From positions 12,288,464 to 12,352,463 of the forward strand of contig NC_043011.1 of the NCBI RefSeq assembly GCF_006345805.1: a DNA stretch of 64,000 nt, given 5' to 3'. The DNA comes from Octopus sinensis (taxonomy: Eukaryota). The position numbers and the translations under genes are program-made. Positions 12,532 through 24,324 of this stretch are shown piece by piece (position 1 is the stretch's first letter; each line of letters begins with the position of its first letter). Under the pieces are notes generated by a model. It had not been told where the DNA came from. It made no database searches and saw nothing but the letters and a program-made list of their open reading frames with translations.

Positions 12532-13061
12532 TATTGGATGTTAATAATTTGTTTTGGGATTATTAGAGAGGAATTTAAAAAATGAAGGGAAAATTCAGAA
12601 TGAAGAATTAATAAAAAAGAGAGATCATAAGGATAGAATTCATGTAAGAGAATGAAGGTATAAGGTTGTTGAATTATGATAATCAAATGAAGAAAAAATA
12701 TCTACTATCACTTTATCAGTTATATTTATTTAATATATATCAAAACTAATATTTGTCTCTGAGCCAGGATGAAATTCAAGGAAACTGGTATTTAGATAAG
12801 AGACACTTGGCCTCATGCATACAAGCTACTACAATTCTGTTCTTTTGTTCAAATTGTCACTGCCTTTAGTCAAACTTCTATGTATAAATATACATATATT
12901 TGTGTGTAAGTGAGTGAGTGTGTATGTGTGTGAGCGAGTCAGTGTGTATGTGTATTCATGTGAGCATGTGTGTGTGTGGTGAATGTAATAACATGAATAT
13001 ATATTTACTTTTTACATTTTTTCTAGATGAGATTGTGTGTATGTGTGTATATGTATGTATG

Positions 13062-13099
<38 letters not shown>

Positions 13100-13101
<2 letters not shown>

Positions 13102-13360
13102 TATATATTTATGCATGCATGCAAGCATATATATATATTTCTTTACTACCCACAAGGGGCTAAACACAGAGGGGACAAACAAGGACAGACAAGGAGATTC
13201 AACCCCAGTGCGTAACTGGTACTTAATTTATGCACTGGGGGCGATGTAATCGACTTCATCTCCTGGTCTGTCCTTGTTTGTCCCCGCTGTGTTTAGCCCC
13301 TTGTGGGTAGTAAAGAAATATATATATATATGCTTGCATGCATGTATAAATATATATATA
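13100..13360. repeat. Fold-back palindrome of a SINE B 3' end plus its flank
   Basis: Arms about 13103-13198 and 13257-13355 are reverse complements including the non-SINE atgcatgcaagcatat flank; inner stem ccccagtgcgtaa/ttatgcactgggg. Confidence 0.9.
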
Positions 13361-13750
13361 TATACACAATCCCATTAAGGGAAAGTGTATGGTTTTGATT
13401 GATCAGATGTTCGATGATAGATGATGCACAATTAGTTGTTATGTATGAATGTTCTCTCACAGTTTTAAGCCAGAATTATTTTCCACATGACTAAAATATA
13501 TATTTTTAAATGGAGCTGACAAAATGATTAAGTAAATTTATACACATGATATTGCAAACTCTCACTGCACTAGTTTTTTTTATATCTTTAAATCTTTTAC
13601 TAGTTTCAGTCACTGGACTGTGGCCATGCTAGGAAGCCACCTGATGGGTTTCATCAAACAAATCAACATCAGTACATAATTTTTAAAGTAGTGTACTTAT
13701 TCCATCAATCTCTTTTGCTGAATCACTCAGTCACAGGGATATAGAGAAAC

Positions 13751-13950
13751 CTCTTTACTCTTTTACTCTTTTACTTGTTTCAGTCATTTGACTGTGGCCA
13801 TACTGGAGCACCGCCTTTAGTCGAGCAAATCGACCCCAGGACTTATTCTTTGTAAGCCTAGTACTTATTCTCTCAGTCTCTTTTGATGAACTGCTAAGTT
13901 ACGGGGATGTAAACACACCAGCATTGGTTGTCAAGCAATGTTGGGGGGGA

Positions 13951-14012
<62 letters not shown>

Positions 14013-14176
14013 CGACGGGCTTCTTTCAGTTTCCGTCTACCAAATCCACTCACAAGGCTTTTGGTTGGTCCGAGGCTATAGTAGAAGACACTTGCCCAAG
14101 GTGCCACACAGTGAGACTGAACCCAGAACCACGTGGTTTGTAAGTAAGCTACTTACCTCACAGCCAGTCCTACGCC
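13751..14176 (-). mobile_element. SINE family A
   Basis: Full-length match; degraded tail fragment just before it (13595-13745). Confidence 0.9.
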
Positions 14177-14600
14177 GTTAGTGTATAATGTTTGTTTTTT
14201 TGTTCTTTTAAGATTCCTAATCCAAAAATAATGGGTTTTTTTTTGTTCTTTTAAGATTCCTAATCCTAAAATTCTGATATTCCATGTCACCACACAAAAT
14301 CTTATATAGACCTTTATTCTAATCAAAATGTTAAAAAATATTTTCAGATGCAATTACCAATGTCTACACATGGAATTCATGTTCAAAAATATTTTCTCTG
14401 ACTTCAGCTAATCATAAGAACATCGATAGCATTTTTAAACTGATTATTGCAGGTTAAGAAGTTAAATACTTCTTACCTTCAACTATAGACAAAAATAAAA
14501 TAGTCAAAAATAGCATTGTATAGTACTATTACCAATATATACTTTAATTTAACAAATTATGCAAGAATTTCAAGATATATTAGTAACTAACATGTATATA

Positions 14601-15039
14601 GGCACAGGAGTGGCTATATAGGTGCAGGAGTGGCTGTGTGGTAAGTAGCTTGCTAACCAACCACATGGTCTCGGGTTCAGTCCCACTGCGTTGCATCCTG
14701 GGCAAGTGTCTTCTGCTATAGCCTCAGGCCGACCAAAGCCTTGTGAGTGGATATGGTAGACGGAAACTGAAAGATGCCTGTCGTATATATGTATATATAT
14801 ATATGTATGTGTGTGTATATGTTTGTGTGTCTGTGTTTGTCCCTCAGCATCGCTTGACAACCGATGCTGGTGTGTTTACGTCCCCGTCACTTAGCAGTTC
14901 GGCAAAAGAGACCGATAGAATAAGTACTGGGCTTATAAAGAATAAGTCCCGGGGTCGATTTGCTCAACTAAAGGCGGTGCTCCAGCATGGCCGCAGTCAA
15001 ATGACTGAAACAAGTAAAAGAGTAAAAGAGTAAAAGAGT
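14601..15039 (+). mobile_element. SINE family A with duplicated head
   Basis: ggcacaggagtggct then ggtgcaggagtggctgtgtgg; full body and tail. Confidence 0.9.
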
Positions 15040-15768
15040 ATATTATGCCAAAAAAAAATATGCTTACAGTTGAGGTAGAATTTATCCTCGATCATTTCCA
15101 CATACAAAATACCATCGCGTAAGTATACCATACTGCTGCTTAGAAGTGAAGTGTTTCAGAAAGCTTTGAGAAAGGCTTTAACAAAACTTTAATTAAAACA
15201 ATTCCATAAATTTCCTGGCTGGAGCCAAAACCGATGGTTGTATTCTGATGAATTTTATGTAAGAAAATAAAGTTGTGTCTGGCTTTGAAGAAAAAACTTT
15301 TAGGAATGTATTATTGATTGAGAAGGGTGGTCAAACACGTGATGTAGATGTTTTGGCTTGAGAAAATGTACACCCCTCCCATCAACTATTCACTGTTTTC
15401 CATAACAATTGACAGCAGTAGCAGCAACATTAGTGATTCGCACGACAACATATTCCTTTATTACTCATTGTGACATAAAGGTTTTTACGGCTATTGTTTG
15501 GATACAAGTGGAACGACACGCTTTATTAGTGAGATGTAAATATATACATCTTTTACCTTGACTTATATTGATACACACATACATGCATACACACACTATA
15601 TATATGAATATATATGACTGAATGACTAAATGGTTATGAAATTTGTTTTGCATCTATAAGATCCCTGGGTTTTATTCAAGTGTATAGCATTTTCAATAAG
15701 TGCTATTATCATCATCATCAATTTAGGTATACGAAAACTAATATATACATATATACGCACCATCCAAG

Positions 15769-16112
15769 CATGATCGTTGCCAGAGCAGCCAACTGGCTTC
15801 CGTACCCGTGGCATGTAAAAGGGCACCATTCGAGCGTGATCGTTACCAACGTCGCTTCACTGGCACTTGTAAAAAGATTCGAGCGAGGTCGTTGCCAGAG
15901 CTGCCTGACTGGCCTCCGTGCCAGTGGCACGTAAAAAGTACCCACTACACTCTCGGGGTGGTTGGCGTTAGGAAGGGCATCCAGCAGTAGAAACTCTGCC
16001 AGATGAAGACTGGAGCCTGGTGCAGCCATCTGGTTCACCAGCTCTCAGTCATTCGTCCAACCCATGCTAGCATGGAAAGCGGACGTTAAACGATGATGAT
16101 GATGATGATGAT
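15769..16112 (+). mobile_element. SINE family C (RTE-type 3' tail ccatgctagcatggaaagcggacgttaaac(GAT)n)
   Basis: Same element at 24061-24238, 26625-27211, 29653-29897, 52556-52920; tail fragments at 8677-8736 and 30704-30750. Confidence 0.85.
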
Positions 16113-17579
16113 ACACCTACAGGGTGTTTTGGCTATATTTGATGATTTTTTTATGTCTCCTTTCTTCAGGTTCACCTTGATGTATGGGTTGAGCAAAAGC
16201 TTGCTGACATGGTGGGCCGGAAGCAGTCTGAATAAGGGTTTCAAATTTTGGTACAATGCCAGCAATTTCGTAGGAGAGGGTAAGTTGATTACATCAATCT
16301 CAGTACTCAACTGGTACTTATTTTATTGACCCCAAAGGGATGAAAGGCAAAGTCAACCCTGACAGCATTTGAACTATAAGTCAGAAGAAATGCAATTAGG
16401 CATTTTGTCTGGTATGATAATGATTCTGCCAGCTTTACCACCTTAAACTAACGAGCATTACTAACCAAGTAATAATTACTGTGGGGATACCTGCTTGTTT
16501 CTGTTAATGAAGAAGGGAAAAGTGGAATGAGCCACAATATAATTGTCTTTGTCACAGATGTAACAAGTAGGATCACTAGCGTTTCCCTGAGCAAAAGTTT
16601 GCTGACATGGACAGCTGGAAGCCAGCTGAATATTGGCTTCAAATTTTGGCACAAGGCCAGCAATTTCGTGGCAGAGGGTAACTTAGAAGACACAGTACAA
16701 ATATTCTAAATGTGACTTATTGCAGCATTATTTTAATTGACTTTTAGTTTCACAAATGATAATTCTTGATACCAAACCCTTAGTATCTAGATAATTTGAT
16801 AAAAAAAAAAAATATTAGGAAAGATTCGATATAAACAGGAAATAACAACCTGGTCAACTAACTTTTATTAATGGATTTATATTATGAGGAAATGACAATT
16901 AGAAGTAACCCCGCCTTTTCCACAAATCCTTTAATCTTCTATATAACATGGCAAACAGTTCAATTGACAGTTCAAGTCAATTGTTGGAACACGTTTTTTG
17001 TCACATGTCATTATAGGTCAGTTACATTTTTGTGGGAAAATAGGAAATAAAGTTGACTCGAAATGCTAAAGACACGTGAAATATCGACACGTTTCCTTAG
17101 TAGCACGCTGTAGACATGTGATTCAACAGGATTTAATACATTATTGCGGCAGACTCTATTAGAGGAGTTGCACAATATCATTTATAAAATATAGCTGAAA
17201 TTTCTGGAAAGAGTGAGTAAAGCAAGAATTTCAGGTGAAGAGTTAGTTATTCTTATTTAATATATGATGGGTGGTAAAAGGGTGGGTGGTAAAGAGCTTT
17301 GTTTATTATTATAGAGAATATCTAGGAATAGTTTCATTAAAATTTATAAATTGCAATTCTTTAAAGATAGCGAAAATGATACACTCATATTTGCTTTTTT
17401 GAATTATAACATTACTTTCAAGTGAATTAATAATTATTGTACACTATTTGTAGGTTCAAACACAAGCTATTTACGTCTAGACCTGACTTTCATTTCTTCT
17501 TTTAATATTATGTTAAATACATTTAACTAATGATGATTTTATTAAAGCCAAAATGTATGATGGAAATTTACCAAAGATT

Positions 17580-17977
17580 ATACTCTTTACTCTTTTACTT
17601 GTTTCAGTCATTTGACTGTGGCCATGCTGGAGCACCGCCTTTAATCGAGCAACTCGATCCCAGGACTTATTCTTTGTAAGCCCAGTACTTATTCTATCGG
17701 TCTTTTTTGCCGAACTGCTAAGTGACAGGGACATAAACACACCAGCATCGGTTGTCAAGCGATGTTGGAGGGGACAAACACAGACACACAAACATATATG
17801 CACACATATATATATATATACATATATACGATGGGCTTCTTTCAGTTTCCATCTACCAAATCCACTCACAAGGCTTTGGTCGGCCTGAGGCTATAGTAGA
17901 AGACACTTGCCCAAGGTGCCACGCAGTGGGACTGAACCCGGAACCATGTGGTTGGTAAACAAGCCACTCCTGCGCCT
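17580..17977 (-). mobile_element. SINE family A
   Basis: Full-length match. Confidence 0.9.
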
Positions 17978-18415
17978 TATATCAATAAATCTGATAAGTT
18001 TTCATTTTTTTTTACTCTCAGTTATTTTTAATGTGCTTATGGGGCACTGAGTGAATTTCTAAATGATTGTTTTACTTGCTAGACATAGCAACCAAATCTG
18101 TTTGAAATCATAATTACTGTCTTAAAAAAAATAAGTACACATCAGATAATGCAGACTTAAAATATTGTCTGAAACACAGATGAGGGAGTTACACTTGGAA
18201 AACCTTTGATAACAGGTCTGCTGAGATTAAGCAAAAATAATAACTAAAGATGTTGTTGTATTTAGAAATGGTCATTTTACCAGTTTAGCCAATAAAAACA
18301 CACGCACTATATATTTGGTGTTACTTTGCTTTATCATTATTTATTTTTTACATAAATCTTAATCTTATTACAGTTAGTAAGGAGAGACACAAATAAGAAA
18401 AAAGAAAGCAAAGGA

Positions 18416-18455
18416 CCACTGATGCGGTCACAGGAGTGTGACGAAAGAACTCTGG
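18416..18455 (+). ncRNA. Same hammerhead family, A9C core variant
   Basis: CCA-CTGATGC-G-GTCACA-GGAG-TGTGAC-GAAAGAACTC-TGG. Confidence 0.55.
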
Positions 18456-18765
18456 CCGAAATAAGATTAAGATTAATGTAAAAAATAAATAACGCTGAAG
18501 CAAAGTAACACCAAATATATAGTGCGTGTGTTTTTATTGGCTAAACTGGGAAAATGACCATTCCTAAATACAACAATAGTTGTTTCAACACACGATTTCA
18601 CATCAAAAATCTTGCAAAACAAATATATAAACATAATATACATACATATATATGTATATATATACATATAAATATATATATATACAGTTGTACAATATAC
18701 TGGAGCCTTATCTCCATTAAAATTCTCTTATATATATATATATAAGAGTGTGACCTCATCAGTGA

Positions 18766-18805
18766 CCACTGATGAGGTCACAGAAATGTGACGAAAGAAC
18801 TCTGG
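18766..18805 (+). ncRNA. Minimal type I hammerhead fold, canonical core
   Basis: CCA-CTGATGA-G-GTCACA-GAAA-TGTGAC-GAAA-G-AA-CT-C^-TGG; CUC triplet, predicted cut after 18802. Confidence 0.7.
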
Positions 18806-19022
18806 CCAAAATAAGATTAAGATTAATGTAAAAAATAAATAAAAGCAAATTAACACCAAATATATAGTGTGTGTGTTTTTATTGTCTAAACTGGGAAAAT
18901 GACCATTCCGAAATACAACATCTATTTCAACACACGATTTCACATAAAAAATCTTGCAAAATGAATATATAAACGTAATAACTAAAGAGCATTTAATTAA
19001 ATCTCCAGTATATAGATTTGCT

Positions 19023-19255
19023 AAGGTGGCGAGCTGGCAGTAACGTTAGCACGCCAGCCGAAATGCGTAGCCGTATTTCGTCAGTCGATACGTTCCGAGT
19101 TCAAATTCCGCCGAGGTCGACTTTGCCTTTCATCCTTTCGGGGTCGATTAATTAAGTACCAGTTACGCACTGGGATCGATGTAATCGACTTGATCCCTTT
19201 GTCTGTCCTTGTTTGTCCCCTCTGCGTTTAGCCCCTTGTGGGTAGTAAAGAAATA
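19023..19255 (+). mobile_element. SINE family B
   Basis: Full match. Confidence 0.9.
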
Positions 19256-19513
19256 TATAGATTTGCTGAGTAGGGGTAGGGACATCCCCAACAGAAGTCT
19301 CAGACCTTCTGACAGAACTGAGTAGATCTTAATAGCATGTCTCTTGCCCAGCATGTGACAGCATGTGACAGTGGTGTCTCTGCTATTATATTCTTGTATT
19401 ACTGTGCAGGTAAAAATGATGCAAGGTGTCCTGTATCCTACATCGGAATTTTCACTTTGTCTTTGCTTTTGCACCTCTTTCATCCTATCCACCTTGTCAT
19501 CCTGTCCTCTTGC

Positions 19514-19747
19514 GGTGAGCTGGCAGAAACGTTAGCGCGCCGGGTGAGATGCTCAGCGGTATTTCATCTGCCGCTACGTTCTGAGTTCGAATTCTGCCGA
19601 GGTCGACTTTGCCTTTCATCCTTTCGGGGTCGATTAAATAAGTACCAGTTATGCACTGGGGTCGATATAATCGACTTAATCCGTTTGTCCGTCCTTGTTT
19701 GTCCTCTCTGTGTTTAGCCCCCTGTGGGTAGTAAAGAAATAAGTATG
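19514..19747 (+). mobile_element. SINE family B with 11-bp TSD
   Basis: TSD tgtcctcttgc at 19503-19513 and 19748-19758. Confidence 0.93.
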
Positions 19748-20226
19748 TGTCCTCTTGCCATGCCAATCCCTGGGAAATTTTAGTGGAGTATTTAATCCTC
19801 CTGCCACCATCGTCATGCACTTTGCACATTCTATGGACCTTCCGATACATCAAATAGCCTGAACTTTGTGTACTTTACTTGCAACATAAACCTTAGCATT
19901 TTTTAACTATACACACCTATTCTGTGTATAGTCTGCAGACAATATATACCAGCGAGTGGAATTTTGCTGTTTCCTGCCAACTTGTGCAATCACCTTGGCA
20001 GACATACTATTATTGTTGTTGTTGCTGCGAACGTGACAAACTGACAGAATTGTTACCATGTTAAATACAAAATGCTCAGCAGAATTTCTTCTGGTTTTAT
20101 GTTCTGATTTCAAATTCAACATCTTTTTGGGGTTGATAAAATATGAGCAAATTGAGCACTGGGAGGAATCTAACTGACTAGACCCCTCCCCACAAATTCA
20201 AGGCCTTTTGCCTATAGTAGAAAGGA

Positions 20227-20325
20227 TTATTATTATTATCATTATTATTATTATTATTATAACTATAATTATTATTATTATCATTATTATTATTATTATT
20301 ATAACTATAATTATTATTATTATTA

Positions 20326-20365
<40 letters not shown>

Positions 20366-20431
20366 AATTATTATTATTATTACTATAATTATTATTATTA
20401 TTATTATTATTATTAATATTATTATTATTAA

Positions 20432-20473
<42 letters not shown>

Positions 20474-20484
20474 TTTAATAATAA

Positions 20485-20515
<31 letters not shown>

Positions 20516-20570
20516 AATTATTATTATTATTATTATTACTATAATTATTATTATTATTATTATTACTATA

Positions 20571-20617
<47 letters not shown>

Positions 20618-20640
20618 CATTATTATTATTATTATTATTA
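20227..20640 (+). repeat. Long interrupted (ATT)n microsatellite
   Basis: Direct reading. Confidence 0.98.
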
Positions 20641-20850
20641 AGGCAGCGAGCTAGCAGAATCGTTAGCACACCAGGCAAAAGGTTTAGCAAGCATTTTGCC
20701 TGCCGCTATGTTCTGAATTCAAATTCCGTCGAGGTGGACTTTGCTGTTCATCCTTTTGGGGTCAATTAAATAAATACCAGTTATCCACTGGGCTCAATGT
20801 AATCGACTTAATCCCCTCTCCCAAGCTGCCCTTGTGGGAAAAATTTGAAA
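20640..20850 (+). mobile_element. SINE family B variant
   Basis: Head after an (ATT)n tract; related degraded copy at about 20030-20226. Confidence 0.8.
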
Positions 20851-20878
20851 TCATCATCATTATTATTATTATTACTAC

Positions 20879-23017
20879 TTTTTTTTTTCTTCTTTCAAAT
20901 TTGCTTCCATTTCTTGCCGAGTGTCTTCCCAACTCCTAGGGCAAAGAAACTCATAGTATACATTGGTAGGCCATTAAACCAAACTCAATAGTTCATTCAT
21001 TTTTTAATTTTTTTTATTTTAGTTAAATTAAAATACATGAGCAGCAACAGTTCTCACATCGACAATGCTCTTCTCAATACGTGTGATGTACCAGTTAAGA
21101 CAATCTTTTGCACTTCTTGCAGGGATGGTAAGCCAGGGATCATTCTCATATAATTTTCAGTTCCCTTCTTGATCATTCCTAGTGCTCCTACGATCACTGG
21201 TATTGTAACCACCTTGAGATGCCACATTTTCTCAATTTCAATGAGTAGGTCTTTATATTTTCTGAGCTTTATATTTCTTATATTTCTGAGCTTTTTCTGA
21301 GCTTTATATTTTCTTTCGCTGAGATATTATGATCACAGGGGATGCTCATGTCGATCAATAAGCAAACTTTATTGTTTTGGTCTTTCACAACAATATCTGG
21401 TTTATTGGCCTTGATGGTTCGGTCTGTATGTACTGGAAAGTCCCACAGAATGGTTACATTTTCTCCTTCAGTTACAGCCTCAGGGTGGTGATTATACCAC
21501 TTGTCGGCAGTTTTGATATTGTAATGCCGACTTATTAGCCAGTGTAGATATTGGCCAACTCTGTCATGTCTTAATTTATACTCCACTGGTACTAAGACTT
21601 TACATCCAGAGATTAGGTGGTCCACTGTTTCAATCATGTCGTTACAGAATCGGCATTTTGGGTCTGCTCCATTTTTCATCACATTGGCCTGGTAGTTCCG
21701 TGTTAATAGGCTTTGATCTTGAGCAGCCAGGATGAAACCTTCACTCTCTGCTCTTAGCCCTGAGCTCCGTAGCCACTGATGGGTTTGCTTCTGGTCAACA
21801 TCAGCTTGTTTGCTGCGGGCCACATATTTGCCGTGCAGGGGTTTCTCCTCCCACGTATCAGCCAATTGCTCATGCGCTTTTTTCGTTGCCATTATTTTTA
21901 CCTTCTTTGCAACAATAGTTGCCGTACTTCCCTCGGGTTGTTCAGTTTGGGTATCCTGCACGAGATCAATAGCAAATTTTTTGCTTTCCTTTATGATAGA
22001 ATGAAGCTTCTTTCGTCTCTCGTGATTTTCCACGAGCTTTAGCATCCAGTCATTCGTTATTTCGAGATATTTGGCCAGTCCAATTGTGGTTGTTTTGTAA
22101 GCTAGTTCAAACTGGATCAGGCCTCGACCTCCTTGGGCTCTGGGAAGGTAAAGGCGATCTACGTCTGCCTTTGGGTGGTGCATCCTATTACAACTCAGCA
22201 GCTTGCATATTTTCCTATCTATATTCTTTACTTCACTCATATTCCAGTTCAACACATTGTAGCTATAAGTAACAACTGGAACTGCTAAGGAATTTATAGC
22301 TAACACCTTGTTACGTGCATTTAGTTCAGATTTCAGGACTGCACGAACTCTCCTATAACATTCCTTCCTGATCTTCTCTTTCATGCTTGCATGCTGAATA
22401 CCAGAGCCTTCATTTATCCCTAAATATTTGTATGTTTGTTCTTGCTCAAGCTCTCTTATGACTGTGTCAACATCTAACACGACTGAATTTGTGGTCTTCA
22501 CTTTCCCTTTCTGGGAAGTGGCCTTGGCACACTTCTCAAGTCCAAACTCCATCCCGATGTCATCGCTGAATGCTTTCACAGTGCGCAATAGGCCTTCAAG
22601 TTCATTATTGTCTTTACCATTGAGTTTTAAGTCATCCATATAAAATAGATGGCTTATTTTTTTATTGGCAATTTTATACCCATACCCTGTTCTGTTTAAT
22701 TCACTTGTAAGGGGTATTAGGGCTATGCAGAATATTAAAGGTGAAAGTGAGTCACCTTGAAAAATTCCACAGTCGATGTTTATATTTTCTGAGGCAAGTA
22801 CTCCATTAGAGTGGTATAATTGGAGATTCGTATTCCACAATGACATATTGTGCTTCAGGAAGTTTGAAATCACAGGGGAAATTTTGAAGATGTCCAGCGA
22901 TCTCAAGATCCATGGATGCGGTATACTGTCGAAGGCCTTTTTATAGTCAATCCATGCGGAGCTGAGATTTCTGCGCTTGTTGTGACAGTTCTCAAGGATC
23001 ATACGATTAATTAGCAG

Positions 23018-23020
<3 letters not shown>
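20879..23020 (-). mobile_element. Second 5'-truncated R4/Dong-type RLE LINE (different subfamily)
   Basis: 574-aa ORF 21278-23002 with WIDYKKAFDSIPH, GIFQGDSLSP, FYMDDLKL, CRFCNDMIETVDHLISGC, ANKPDIVV..LIDMSIP; C-terminus resumes to a stop at 21054-21056; A-tail then (TAA)n; 5' end abuts (TAA)n. Confidence 0.93.
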
Positions 23021-23073
<53 letters not shown>

Positions 23074-23166
23074 TTTTTTAATTATTTTATTTATCTAGTT
23101 TCAGCTCACAAGCTGTGGCCATGCTGGGGCACCGCCATTTATAATATTATTATTATTATTATTATT

Positions 23167-23385
23167 AAGGTGGCAAGCTGGCAGAATCATTAGCATGCTA
23201 GGGGAAATACTTAGCAGTATTTTGCCCATTGTTATGTTCTGTGTTCGAATTCCACCAAGGTCGATTTTACCTTTCATCCTTTTGGGGTATTTAGAATAAG
23301 TACCAGTTAACTACTGGAGTTGATGTAATTGACTATCTCCCTCCCCAAATTTCAGGCCTTGTGCCTATACTAGAAAGAATTATTA
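23167..23385 (+). mobile_element. SINE family B variant
   Basis: Head, central domain and cctatactagaaagaattattatt tail. Confidence 0.85.
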
Positions 23386-23490
23386 TTATTATCATTGATA
23401 AGGCAATAAGCTGGCAGAACTGTTAATGCACTGGACAAAATATTGGTAAGCATTTTGTTCACCATTATGTTCTGAGTTCAAATTCTGGCA

Positions 23491-23885
23491 AGGTTGACTT
23501 TACCTTTCAAGGTTGACTTTGCCTTTCAAGGTCGGCTTAGCCTTTCAAGGTCGACTTTGTCTTTTAAGGTTGACTTTGCCTTTCATGGTTGACTTTGTCT
23601 TTAACCCTTTCATTACCAACCCGGCTGAAACCGGCTCTGGCTCTGTAGTACAAATGTCTTGTTTTCATAAGTTTTGAATTAAAATCTTCCACCAAACCTA
23701 AGTCACAATTTATGTTCTTAACACTAGCTTAATGATAACTAAGTTATTTTACTAAATTCTTTGTTATATTTAAAGTAATTGAAAGAAACACAGAACATCT
23801 CAAAATAAATACAGTAATGAAAGGGTTAAAGATTAGCTTCTCCTTTCATGGTCGACCTTTGCTTTTCAAGGTCAGCTTTGTCTTT
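23491..23885 (+). repeat. About 9 tandem copies of a 19-bp SINE-B motif (aggttgactttgcctttca) interrupted by a piggyBac MITE
   Basis: Units read directly on both sides of 23601-23829. Confidence 0.8.
23605..23825. mobile_element. piggyBac-type MITE, 221 bp
   Basis: TTAA TSD on both sides; TIR ccctttcattac / gtaatgaaaggg. Confidence 0.85.
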
Positions 23886-24060
23886 ACAGAGTTGATAAAA
23901 TAAGCACCATTTGAGTTCTAGGGTTCGTTTAATCACTACCTCCTCCCTCAAAATTGCTGCCCTTTTAAACTATTAAAATCCACCTGGTTTATGTTTAGAG
24001 TATTGTGACTTGTCCTTTGAAATATACAGTGTATGTGTGTATGTATATAGACAGAAGATA

Positions 24061-24238
24061 TCGTCATCATCATCATCATCATTTAACATTCACGTCTATG
24101 CTGGCATGGGATGGATGGTTTGACATGGAACTGGCTAGCAGGGAACTGTCCAGACTCTAGTTGTCTGTTGAAGCATGGTTTCTACAGCTGGATGCCCTTC
24201 CTAATGCCAACCACTTAGCAGAGTGTGCTAGGTGCTAC
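24061..24238 (-). mobile_element. SINE family C 3' part, diverged
   Basis: (CAT)n tail and gctggatgcccttcctaatgccaacc motif. Confidence 0.75.
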
Positions 24239-24271
24239 AATATAGACATGTACACATATATGCAGTATATA

Positions 24272-24320
<49 letters not shown>

Positions 24321-24324
<4 letters not shown>

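Larger units (their letters stand above)
18251..18975. repeat. Array of hammerhead-bearing repeats: inverted partial unit (18251-18369) plus two direct units
   Basis: aataagattaagattaatg...ctaaactgggaaaatgaccatt occurs twice on plus and once inverted; same repeat at 43515-43701. Confidence 0.85.

Noticed and set aside
20198-20690. Poly-Ile/Asn ORFs and similar ORFs at 1037-1655, 45623-45955, 51386-51771 and 56241-56502
   Set aside because: Open frames produced by microsatellites.
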